This document shows positions 1-7,082 of a stretch of 32,000 bases of DNA, piece by piece. The notes beneath the pieces are model-generated. The model saw nothing but the letters and a program-made list of their open reading frames with translations. It had not been told where the DNA came from and made no database searches. Source of the DNA: Verrucomicrobiota bacterium. GTDB taxonomy: Bacteria > Verrucomicrobiota > Verrucomicrobiia > Opitutales > LL51. Location: assembly GCA_021294815.2 (NCBI GenBank), contig CP095464.1, positions 780,001-812,000 of the forward strand. Reading direction: 5' to 3'. A program made the position numbers and the translations under genes. How positions within the stretch are numbered: the first letter of the stretch is position 1; every line of letters begins with the position of its first letter.

Positions 1-404
1 TAACCTACGAGGCGATGTGGCAGCTATCACAGCATGGCATTGGGCAGTCGACCTGTGTCGGCATTGGCGGTGATCCAATTACAGGAATGTCGCACAGTGA
101 TATCGTCAAGTTATTAAGTGAGGATCCCGAAACCGATGCGATTGTGATGATTGGTGAAATCGGCGGACTATCCGAAGTTCAGGCGGCAGAATATGTGTTC
201 AAACACGGATCGAAACCTCTTGTTGCATTTATCGCGGGTTCGAGCGCACCCAAAGCGAAGCGGATGGGCCATGCAGGTGCTATGATTACTGGAAATTCGG
301 ATACTGCTGCCGCAAAAATCGCCGCATTACGGGATTACCATATCCCTGTCGCAGAGCTACCAAGCCAGATTGCGCAAACCCTGTTTACGGTCTATCGTCC
401 TTAG
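1..404 (+). CDS. sucD: Succinate--CoA ligase alpha subunit, C-terminal part. The 5' end lies left of the window and the frame starts at nt 3.
   Basis: The translation GQSTCVGIGGDP...IVMIGEIGG...KRMGHAGAMI matches the conserved C-terminal half of SucD, including the catalytic-His loop MGHAGA. The frame stays open upstream of the listed Met (TYEA) back to nt 3. Confidence 0.9.
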   Translation, partial: TYEAMWQLSQHGIGQSTCVGIGGDPITGMSHSDIVKLLSEDPETDAIVMIGEIGGLSEVQAAEYVFKHGSKPLVAFIAGSSAPKAKRMGHAGAMITGNSDTAAAKIAALRDYHIPVAELPSQIAQTLFTVYRP

Positions 405-972
405 TTTTTCCCTGTTGGTTTTGAAGAAACCGCTGGTATTTTTTCGCATCCTTAGAGGAGAGGCGATCGATAAAGACGACCCCATCGAGGTGGTCGAATT
501 CGTGAAACATACACCGAGCTAGGATACCGTCACATTCGATATGGTGTTGGACGCCTTTTTCATCGAAAAACCTCGCAGTAATTGCCTCAGGACGGCTGAC
601 GTTCGCTGAAAATCCGGAGACTGAGAGGCATCCTTCCTTGCAGGGCGCGCGCCCGTGTGTAGCTTCAATAACAGGGTTGCAAATCCGGAGCGGCAGAATT
701 GTGCGCACATCATCGATAGCAGTACCATCGAAAACGCAATGAATTGTCTCAAGATTATCACAGGGACGGATGTCGATGAAACAACAGCGAAGCCCGAGCC
801 CGACCTGTTGCGCCGCGATACCAATACCATCGTGAGACTCCATGAGCGCTTGCATCTGTTCGAAGAGATGCGATAACTCTGGTGTGAAGTTGACAATAGG
901 TGCTCCAACTTGGCGTAAGATCGGATCCTCGACCGTAAAAACGCGGCCTTCGATGGCGTATTCGTTAGGCAT
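385..972 (-). CDS. def: Peptide deformylase
   Basis: All three PDF motifs are present: GIGIAAQQVG, EGCLS and HEFDHLDG. The protein is 195 aa with a short basic C-terminal tail. Its 3' end overlaps the sucD 3' end convergently by 20 nt. Confidence 0.92.
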   Translation of the reverse strand: MPNEYAIEGRVFTVEDPILRQVGAPIVNFTPELSHLFEQMQALMESHDGIGIAAQQVGLGLRCCFIDIRPCDNLETIHCVFDGTAIDDVRTILPLRICNPVIEATHGRAPCKEGCLSVSGFSANVSRPEAITARFFDEKGVQHHIECDGILARCMFHEFDHLDGVVFIDRLSSKDAKKYQRFLQNQQGKTKDDRP

Positions 973-1191
973 GAGCGATGTAAAATTTTGATAGATTAAA
1001 ACCTTGCCGGCTCCTTCTGCAGATCAGGTTCGAGGTACCAACTTGAGAAGTAGCATTGCCGATGCGACATAGCGCTGATTTCATGAGAGAAAATCGATAT
1101 TTCATTGCCTGCACGCTTTGCGAAAGAAATTTTTTGTCAAGTGAAGTTGTTAATTTTTGCGCTTTTACGGCATTTTTCTTGACGACCTGGG

Positions 1192-1998
1192 GTGCTTCAC
1201 CGAAAGTACCGTTTGTTGAAACGTGTCGTGAAATTCATATTTTGGATGGGGGTGCTCATGGCTGTCACGGCCTTTATCTACTGGGGTTATACACGTTATC
1301 CCTATTATCTCCAAGATATCACGCTGGGCTCGGTAGCGCCTAGCTTTGACCATTGGTTTGGTACGGATCCTCTCGGACGCGATTTATTTTCGCGCGTTGT
1401 TTATGCTTGTTGTATTTCTCTGTCGGTGGGATTCGCTGCGACTGCATTAGCAGTTGGATTAGGGGGCGTTTACGGAACCTTGTCAGGTTATTATGGTGGC
1501 TGGCTTGATCAGCTGCTCATGGGGGGCGTGGATGTAATGTATCCCATTCCGCTGACGTTAATCGTGATTCTTCTCATGATCCTTTTTGGCCAAAACGTTG
1601 CAGTGCTCTTTATTGCGATTGGATGTGTCAAGTGGATGACGACCGCACGCATTGTACGTTCCGAGGTTTTAAAGTTGCGTGAGACGGGTTATGTACAGGT
1701 CGCACGGGGCCTTGGGGAAACAACAGCGCAGATCCTACGCTGGCACATCGTGCCGAATTTACGACGGATTTTATTGACCTGCTTTGCGGTGACTTTGCCG
1801 GGGGTTATTTTATTGGAATCATTTTTGAGTTTTATTGGTCTTGGGATTCAGCCGCCTCAGAGTTCGCTGGGAATTTTGATTTCTGAGGGTGCTCGGCATA
1901 TTGGAGTACACCCCTGGGAGGTGCTGTTTCCATCACTGACGATGATTGCAATTATTTTCGCTCTGACGAATTATGGGCAAAGGCTTCAGGTGGAATAA
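1192..1998 (+). CDS. ABC transporter permease, oligopeptide/dipeptide OppC/DppC type
   Basis: It has the family-typical N-terminal TM helix followed by FGTDPLGRDLFSRVVYA, several TM helices and an EAA-type loop (ARGLGETTAQILRWHIVPN). The start is GTG at 1192 and is uncertain by a few codons. Confidence 0.8.
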   Translation: MLHRKYRLLKRVVKFIFWMGVLMAVTAFIYWGYTRYPYYLQDITLGSVAPSFDHWFGTDPLGRDLFSRVVYACCISLSVGFAATALAVGLGGVYGTLSGYYGGWLDQLLMGGVDVMYPIPLTLIVILLMILFGQNVAVLFIAIGCVKWMTTARIVRSEVLKLRETGYVQVARGLGETTAQILRWHIVPNLRRILLTCFAVTLPGVILLESFLSFIGLGIQPPQSSLGILISEGARHIGVHPWEVLFPSLTMIAIIFALTNYGQRLQVE

Positions 1999-2061
1999 TA
2001 ATGTCTAGTACACTTTCCAATTGACAGTAGGCGCCGTGATGCTAGGTTTCCGACGTCTGAG

Positions 2062-2136
2062 GGGTTGGTAGCTCAACGGTAGAGCAGTGGCCTTTTAAGC
2101 CATTGGTTCTGGGTTCGAATCCCAGTCGACCCACCA
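2062..2136 (+). tRNA. tRNA-Lys (anticodon UUU), with 3' CCA encoded
   Basis: Hand-folded cloverleaf: acceptor GGGTTGG/TCGACCC, D-arm GCTC..GAGC, anticodon stem GTGGC/GCCAT with loop CTTTTAA, T-arm CTGGG-TTCGAAT-CCCAG, discriminator A, then CCA. Confidence 0.9.
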
Positions 2137-2137
2137 T

Positions 2138-2210
2138 GCCGACTTAGCTCAGCTGGTAGAGCACCCGCCTTGTAAGCGGACGGTCGTCAGTTCAAATCTG
2201 ACAGTCGGCT
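2138..2210 (+). tRNA. tRNA-Thr (anticodon UGU), CCA not encoded
   Basis: Hand-folded cloverleaf: acceptor GCCGACT/AGTCGGC, D-arm GCTC-AGCTGGT-AGAGC, anticodon loop CTTGTAA, T-arm GTCAG-TTCAAAT-CTGAC. It starts 1 nt after tRNA-Lys. Confidence 0.9.
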
Positions 2211-2415
2211 CCGAATTTTAGCGCTAGGGCAGCTTTGCAGAGCAGGTCGTTATAAAATGTTGAACTACAAGGTGGCATGTTCTTTCGGTGACCTTACGCT
2301 GCGTTCTTGGAAATTATTTTTGGCAGTAAATATAGACGTGTTGTCGCGTTTAATGAGGCAGTGCGAAGGAAATGACATTGACAGGGAGGCGATGACTTTC
2401 AAGTTCTGATGGTGT

Positions 2416-2491
2416 GCCGGGGTAGCTCAGCTGGTAGAGCAACGCATTCGTAATGCGTGGGTCGTGAGTTCGAATCTCATCCCCGGCTCCA
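2416..2491 (+). tRNA. tRNA-Thr (anticodon CGU), with 3' CCA encoded
   Basis: Hand-folded cloverleaf: acceptor GCCGGGG/CCCCGGC, D-arm GCTC-AGCTGGT-AGAGC, anticodon stem ACGCA/TGCGT with loop TTCGTAA, T-arm GTGAG-TTCGAAT-CTCAT, discriminator T, then CCA. Confidence 0.9.
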
Positions 2492-2516
2492 ATATCTGAA
2501 AACAACAAAAAAATTG

Positions 2517-2876
2517 GTGTGGTGCGATCGTAATCAGATTGGAGCGAAAGGGGAAGACATTGCGGCGCAATTTTTAGCGGGGGAAAAGTATTATCCAATT
2601 CTCGAGCGCAACTATCGGTTTGGACATGGTGAAGTTGATATCATCGCTTTGGACGATCCGGTGACAGTTTTTGTCGAGGTCCGGACGCGGCAGAAAGGGG
2701 CGTTGGTTTCGGGATATTTTTCCGTTTCTAAAGAAAAAAAGAAGACACTGCGACCTGTTTGTTGGCATTACATTCGCGCGCATCAGCTAACGTTTTATCG
2801 CTTTGACATCATTGACATCGAACATGATCAGGGTAACTGGGAATTGCACCATTACGAAAATGTACCTTTTTTTTAG
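2517..2876 (+). CDS. yraN: YraN/UPF0102-family endonuclease-fold protein
   Basis: GAKGEDIAAQFL...ILERNYRFGHGEVDIIALD...VFVEVRTR is the typical UPF0102 pattern (a restriction-endonuclease-like E/D..EVK-type core). The listed ORF start at 2457 lies inside the tRNA, so I moved the start to GTG 2517 (TTG 2514 is also possible). Confidence 0.75.
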   Translation: MWCDRNQIGAKGEDIAAQFLAGEKYYPILERNYRFGHGEVDIIALDDPVTVFVEVRTRQKGALVSGYFSVSKEKKKTLRPVCWHYIRAHQLTFYRFDIIDIEHDQGNWELHHYENVPFF

Positions 2877-2921
2877 CGGTATAGTATTTACTCATTAAAA
2901 GATTCTCTATGTTCCCAAACT

Positions 2922-3752
2922 ATGTCGCAGGCGGTGCGTTTATTAATTGATGTTTTAACGTCGTTGCGGCAACAAGGGATAACAGCCGTACCGCTCAGCC
3001 GCGCTACTTGGCAAGGAATCCATTCGCTTCAAAGTGATATTTCAAACAGAAAGGAGTTAGAAAGAAATCCTGTTCGAGTAAATCCGTCTCAAGCAATATC
3101 TGTTGTGGCGCCTTCAAAAAACCGTAAATTTGCCAGCAAACAAGAGCATTGGGAGGACCTTAAGAAACGCGTTTTGACGAATCCTGAGCTTTTGAAACAC
3201 GTTCGTCCCGGAAAAAAATTGGTGTTTGGTGTAGGGAACCTAGATGCCGACCTCTTTTTTTGCGGCGAGGCGCCCGGAGCGGATGAAGAAATCCAAGGGA
3301 TCCCGTTTGTTGGCCGTGCAGGGCAGTTGCTAACGAAAATTGTTGCGGCGATGGGGCTCTCTCGGGAGGAAATTTATATCGGCAATATCATGAACTGGCG
3401 CCCGGAACTGGATATGCCGACGGGAAACCGACCGCCGACACAAGAAGAAATGCAGTTCTGTTTGCCGTACTTAATCGAACAGGTCGAAATTGTGCAGCCC
3501 AAGGTGATCATTGCGCTCGGTTCGACAGCGGTCAATGGGCTGTTGGGCTACGATAAAACACGAAAAATGTCGCAAATTCGTGGTACTTGGCAGGAATTTT
3601 GCCATATCCCGCTCATGGTGACCTTTCATCCGTCCTACCTCTTGCGTAACGCGATAAATGCAACGAAGAGGCTTGTTTGGGAAGATATGTTGCGCGTTAT
3701 GGATCGTGTCAGTATGCCAATTTCAGAGCGGCAACGCCAGTATTTCTTGTAA
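2922..3752 (+). CDS. Uracil-DNA glycosylase, family 4-like, with an N-terminal extension of about 95 aa
   Basis: It carries family-4 motif A GEAPGADEE, then PFVGRAGQLL, and motif B FHPSYLLRN. The Fe-S ligand positions are mostly not Cys (see findings). Confidence 0.8.
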   Translation: MSQAVRLLIDVLTSLRQQGITAVPLSRATWQGIHSLQSDISNRKELERNPVRVNPSQAISVVAPSKNRKFASKQEHWEDLKKRVLTNPELLKHVRPGKKLVFGVGNLDADLFFCGEAPGADEEIQGIPFVGRAGQLLTKIVAAMGLSREEIYIGNIMNWRPELDMPTGNRPPTQEEMQFCLPYLIEQVEIVQPKVIIALGSTAVNGLLGYDKTRKMSQIRGTWQEFCHIPLMVTFHPSYLLRNAINATKRLVWEDMLRVMDRVSMPISERQRQYFL

Positions 3753-3780
3753 AATATTTTGCTTTTGTAAAATAATTGTT

Positions 3781-4320
3781 ATGAAGTTTTTTAGTTACGA
3801 GCGCGTTGGCAGTACAAATGACATCTGTTTTGAGAAATTTGCCAACAATGAGGCGCTTCCGTTTGCCGTAATGGCGCGACAACAAACCCAAGGGCGAGGC
3901 CAATTCGGGCGCACGTGGTACAGTGGTGATCCACAGAATTTATATATCAGCTTTGCCTTTCGTCCTCAAAGCTCGCCGAAAGAATTTCAGAATTTTTCGC
4001 TCAAAGTCGCTGAGGTTTTAACGAAGATGCTCGAAGAACGGCTCGGAATTACGTTAGCGATTAAAAATCCCAACGACATCTATTTTGGAGATCGGAAGCT
4101 ATGCGGCATTTTAACCGAATCTAAAGTTCAAGGCGAACAGTTACTTTTGGCGGTAACGGGTATTGGGCTCAACGTCTCAGGTGATTTGTCGCAGTTTCCT
4201 CAAGAGTTGCAAAACACCGCAACGACGCTCCAACTTTGTGCTCCAGACCAAAACTTATCTATCGATCTTGCTCGTGACTGGGTCATGGAGGCAATGGCGC
4301 AGCTGATCGCTCAAGTATAA
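3781..4320 (+). CDS. birA: Biotin--[acetyl-CoA-carboxylase] ligase, catalytic core only (179 aa)
   Basis: STND, the biotin-binding loop QGRGQFGRTW, KNPNDIY, RKLCGILTE and GIGLNV match the BPL catalytic-domain motifs. I chose ATG 3781 (MKFFSY) because the ORF-track start at 3658 overlaps the UDG gene. Confidence 0.8.
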   Translation: MKFFSYERVGSTNDICFEKFANNEALPFAVMARQQTQGRGQFGRTWYSGDPQNLYISFAFRPQSSPKEFQNFSLKVAEVLTKMLEERLGITLAIKNPNDIYFGDRKLCGILTESKVQGEQLLLAVTGIGLNVSGDLSQFPQELQNTATTLQLCAPDQNLSIDLARDWVMEAMAQLIAQV

Positions 4321-4368
4321 GTGCTATAAGTCTTGCGGGTGTGTTTGATTCTGTAAAATTGAGATCCA

Positions 4369-5967
4369 ATGGCCGACGATGATAAGCCAAATTCGTTTGA
4401 GGAGTTAACGAAGCAGTTTAGTGAGGTGCTGGGAAAAGTTGGGGCAAACGTCCAATTTTCCGCATTTCCATTTGAAAAAGCAAAGGCAGAAGCTCCAAAG
4501 GAGGAAGCGGTTGAAGATGACCGCGAAGCGCTTCAAAAGATTCAGAAATTCAACTACAAGCCCCGAGAGATCAAGGAATATCTCGACCGATTTGTGATTT
4601 CACAAGACGAGGCAAAAAAGGTATTATCGGTGGCGATCTGCGACCATTACAATCACGTACGCAATGTCATCACATCGAAAAATCGCAGCCGCTACGAGTA
4701 CATGAAGCAAAATGTTTTGATTCTCGGTCCAACGGGAGTGGGAAAAACGTATCTTGTACGGACAATCGCGCGCCTCATTGGGGTGCCATTTGTGAAGGCC
4801 GACGCGACAAAGTTTACGGAGACGGGTTACGTCGGAGGCGATGTTGAGGATCTCGTCCGTAACCTCATCAAGATCGCGAATGGCAACGTCGAACTCGCGC
4901 AATACGGCATCATTTTTATCGATGAAATCGACAAAATTACGAACGCAATTGCAGATAATGGCCGTGATGTGTCGGGTCGCGGCGTGCAGGTCAATCTATT
5001 AAAGTTAATGGAGGAAACCGAGGTCAATGTCATGAGCCAGGCAGATATGTTGAGCCAGATGCGTACGTTGATGTCTTTTGGAAATGTCAAAAAGCAGCCC
5101 GATAAAATCAGTACCAAAAACATTTTGTTTATCGTGAGTGGTGCGTTTGATAAGCTGAGTCCGATTATTAAAAAACGCATCGGGACGGAACAGATCGGGT
5201 TCGGTTCATCGCATGTTGAATCCCAAGATTTTGAGTTTTTAACACAGGTCCAAACGGAGGATTTTATCCAATATGGCTTTGAGCCCGAATTTATTGGGCG
5301 CCTCCCGGTGCGCGTTGCGTGTCAATTACTTCGAGAAGCGGAATTAGAAAAAATACTTTCGTCGTCTGAGGGTTCGATTTTACGGCAGTATAAAGAGGAT
5401 TTTGCGGGCTATGGGATCGATCTTCAGTTCTATCCGGAAGCGCTCCGTGTTATTGCGCAGGAAGCAGCGAAAGAAAAAACCGGTGCCCGTGGTCTTTTAA
5501 CGGTTCTAGAGCGTATTTTCCGGAATCTGAAATTCGAGTTGCCCTCAACTGATATCCGTCAGCTGACAATCGAAGCCGAATCGGCCAAAAATCCCGAAAT
5601 TTTACTAAAACAGCTTTTGAGAGGATGCGCGCCTAGCGACTACAGTTCTCGAGATCTCGAGCGTTTCGCCAAGACATTTGAAAGCGACTACGGTATTGTT
5701 TTGACGTTTACACCGGAAGCGGAAGGTCGGCTGATAGAACTCGCACGGCAGCAATCAAAGAGCGTTGTAACGTTGTGCCATCAGTTATTTGAAGATTACG
5801 GCTATGGATTACCGTTGCTGCTAGGGGCAGACGAAGCAAAATGTTTTGAAATCCCTCTTGCTGCGGTCGAAAACCCGGATGATTTTTTATCAAAAGCAAT
5901 CGCCCAGTTCTATCAGAACCACTCTGATAACGGCGACGGACCACAAGCTGAGCCCATACCTAACTAA
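4369..5967 (+). CDS. ClpX-family AAA+ unfoldase paralog with no N-terminal zinc-ribbon and an extended C-terminus
   Basis: Walker A GPTGVGKT, pore loop GYVG, Walker B IIFIDEIDK, IGF tripeptide (QIGFGS), EPEFIGRLP and sensor-2 GARGL are all present. An in-frame TGA at 4360-4362 rules out a longer N-terminus. Confidence 0.8.
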   Translation: MADDDKPNSFEELTKQFSEVLGKVGANVQFSAFPFEKAKAEAPKEEAVEDDREALQKIQKFNYKPREIKEYLDRFVISQDEAKKVLSVAICDHYNHVRNVITSKNRSRYEYMKQNVLILGPTGVGKTYLVRTIARLIGVPFVKADATKFTETGYVGGDVEDLVRNLIKIANGNVELAQYGIIFIDEIDKITNAIADNGRDVSGRGVQVNLLKLMEETEVNVMSQADMLSQMRTLMSFGNVKKQPDKISTKNILFIVSGAFDKLSPIIKKRIGTEQIGFGSSHVESQDFEFLTQVQTEDFIQYGFEPEFIGRLPVRVACQLLREAELEKILSSSEGSILRQYKEDFAGYGIDLQFYPEALRVIAQEAAKEKTGARGLLTVLERIFRNLKFELPSTDIRQLTIEAESAKNPEILLKQLLRGCAPSDYSSRDLERFAKTFESDYGIVLTFTPEAEGRLIELARQQSKSVVTLCHQLFEDYGYGLPLLLGADEAKCFEIPLAAVENPDDFLSKAIAQFYQNHSDNGDGPQAEPIPN

Positions 5968-5977
5968 CAAAACGCGG

Positions 5978-6064
5978 CGGAGAGAGAGGGGTTCGAACCC
6001 TCGATACCATCGCTGGTATGCCGGTTTTCAAGACCGGTGCAATCAACCACTCTGCCATCTCTCC
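5978..6064 (-). tRNA. tRNA-Ser (anticodon UGA), long variable arm, CCA not encoded
   Basis: The reverse complement folds as acceptor GGAGAGA/TCTCTCC, anticodon stem CCGGT/ACCGG with loop CTTGAAA, an 18-nt variable arm (CATACCAGCGATGGTATC), T-arm GAGGG-TTCGAAC-CCCTC and discriminator G. Confidence 0.88.
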
Positions 6065-6073
6065 CAAATTGCG

Positions 6074-6871
6074 TTATCCCGCAAATGCGCTTTCCGTCCT
6101 AAGCTCGGGATGTTGCTGTAAAAATCGTTCGGCTTCAACGAGGTCATTTGGAACATCGATGCTCAACGTTGGACCATGAACCTCGATACAGTGAATCGAA
6201 ACGCCATTTTCCAAAAAACGCAACTGTTCGAGCTGTTCGACCTGATCCAAAAATCCGGTTTTTAATGAATGGTAACGTTCCAGGAGCGAACGGCGATAGG
6301 CATAAATCCCGATGTGTCCCCAAAAACCACAGCACTGTGTCCAGTCCGTGTCTTTAGTCCATCCCTTCGATGGATTTTCGCGAACGTAAGGAATGCAGCT
6401 CCGGGAAAAGTAAAGCGCCCGGCCCTGACAATCACGGACCACTTTGACGCGATTCGGGTTGTGCAGCAATTCCGAGTTTTTGATAGAGTACACAGCTGTG
6501 AGTAATTCGATATCGTCAGCATTGGAACGCAAACGCTTTGTGAGGTCTTTCAGAAGTTGGATTTCGACAAAAGGTTCGTCTCCCTGGACATTAACAACAA
6601 AATCTCCGGAAAGTTCCTTAATTGCCGCAACAGCGCGATCGGTTCCCGAGTTGCAATTTGGCGACGTCAACTTTGCTTCAAATCCCCATTGATGAACAAG
6701 TTCCAAGACAGACGAGTCATCAACAAGCGCAAACACCTCATCGAACGCTTCTGAACGCGTAACACGCTGCAATATCCACTGCAAAACCGGAATACCGCCG
6801 AGTTCTTTTAGGATTTTTTGAGGGAATCGAGACGACGCTAAGCGCGCCGGAATCACCGCGGTTAACTGCAT
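6074..6871 (-). CDS. kdsB: 3-deoxy-manno-octulosonate cytidylyltransferase (CMP-Kdo synthetase)
   Basis: The N-terminal AVIPARLASSRFPQKIL and the VNVQGDEPF motif match KdsB. Length is 265 aa. Confidence 0.88.
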   Translation of the reverse strand: MQLTAVIPARLASSRFPQKILKELGGIPVLQWILQRVTRSEAFDEVFALVDDSSVLELVHQWGFEAKLTSPNCNSGTDRAVAAIKELSGDFVVNVQGDEPFVEIQLLKDLTKRLRSNADDIELLTAVYSIKNSELLHNPNRVKVVRDCQGRALYFSRSCIPYVRENPSKGWTKDTDWTQCCGFWGHIGIYAYRRSLLERYHSLKTGFLDQVEQLEQLRFLENGVSIHCIEVHGPTLSIDVPNDLVEAERFLQQHPELRTESAFAG

Positions 6872-7027
6872 CTTAAACTCCCCAAACGCGTTTTTTATGC
6901 CGATTGGCTTTCGAGCGCTTGCTGCGTTTGTGTTTATTCATTTTGAGTCGACGTTTTTTCTTGAGGTTTCCCATAGCGAAAACGCTTCAAGGGGTAGGGG
7001 AATTCGCCGTCAAGTAAAGCTAAATCG

Positions 7028-7054
7028 TATAAAAAGACCCTCCATTAGAGGGCC
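7028..7054 (-). terminator. Rho-independent terminator downstream of the nucleotide-transporter gene
   Basis: The minus strand reads GGCCCTC-TAATG-GAGGGTC-TTTTTATA. This is a 7-bp stem (one G-U pair), a 5-nt loop and a T-tract, about 28 nt after the stop codon. Confidence 0.55.
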
Positions 7055-7082
7055 TCGAAATGTGTATTCTAAAATAACAAAT

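Noticed and set aside
385-404. The 20-nt convergent overlap of the sucD and def 3' ends, considered as a regulatory antisense arrangement.
   Set aside because: Short 3'-3' overlaps are common in compact genomes. Nothing else in the sequence suggests regulation.
519-908. Long ORFs lying antisense or out of frame inside well-supported genes. Examples: 519-908 and 655-876 in def; 4624-5180 in the ClpX-like gene; 6144-6754 in kdsB; 7704-8048 in npt1; 10014-11954 in the SNF2 gene; 13976-14489 and 14773-15087 in rpoD; 16106-17352 in pheT; 18342-18748 in parA; 26187-26996 in the MATE gene; 27467-28462 in the symporter gene.
   Set aside because: Each is fully embedded in a gene whose product has clear family motifs. 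Their translations are low-complexity or Arg/Ser-rich with no recognisable motif. This is the expected shadow-ORF behaviour at this GC content.
1056-1343. A 95-aa ORF that spans the def/permease intergenic region and runs into the permease gene.
   Set aside because: It is out of frame with the permease and overlaps it. Its sequence is Cys/Phe-rich and nonsense-like, with no ribosome-binding context.
2021-2049. Sigma-70-like promoter guesses: TTGACA-N16/17-TAGGTT upstream of tRNA-Lys, and TTGACA at 2378-2383 upstream of tRNA-Thr(CGU).
   Set aside because: The -35 hexamers are good but the -10 elements are poor (3/6 matches) or badly spaced. They are not supportable as features without transcription-start data.
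2062-2491. The tRNA cluster considered as an integration hotspot or genomic-island boundary.
   Set aside because: I found no integrase and no duplicated tRNA 3' end (att-like direct repeat) nearby. The flanking genes (yraN, UDG, birA) are housekeeping genes of similar composition.
2350-2598. ORFs overlapping tRNA genes: 2350-2598 (minus) over tRNA-Thr, and 5846-6121 (plus) over tRNA-Ser.
   Set aside because: The tRNA cloverleaves explain these sequences. The ORFs are artefacts of reading through structured RNA genes.
3658-3780. N-terminal extensions offered by the ORF track: 3658 for birA, 13958 for rpoD, 21872 for the CoA-transferase, 23260 for dapB, 25735 for the MATE gene, 24812 for the pseudopilin-like ORF, 12178 for the SNF2 gene and 2457 for yraN.
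   Set aside because: The extensions overlap the upstream gene or a tRNA, and their sequences look non-protein-like. The family-typical N-termini begin at the internal start codons I used.
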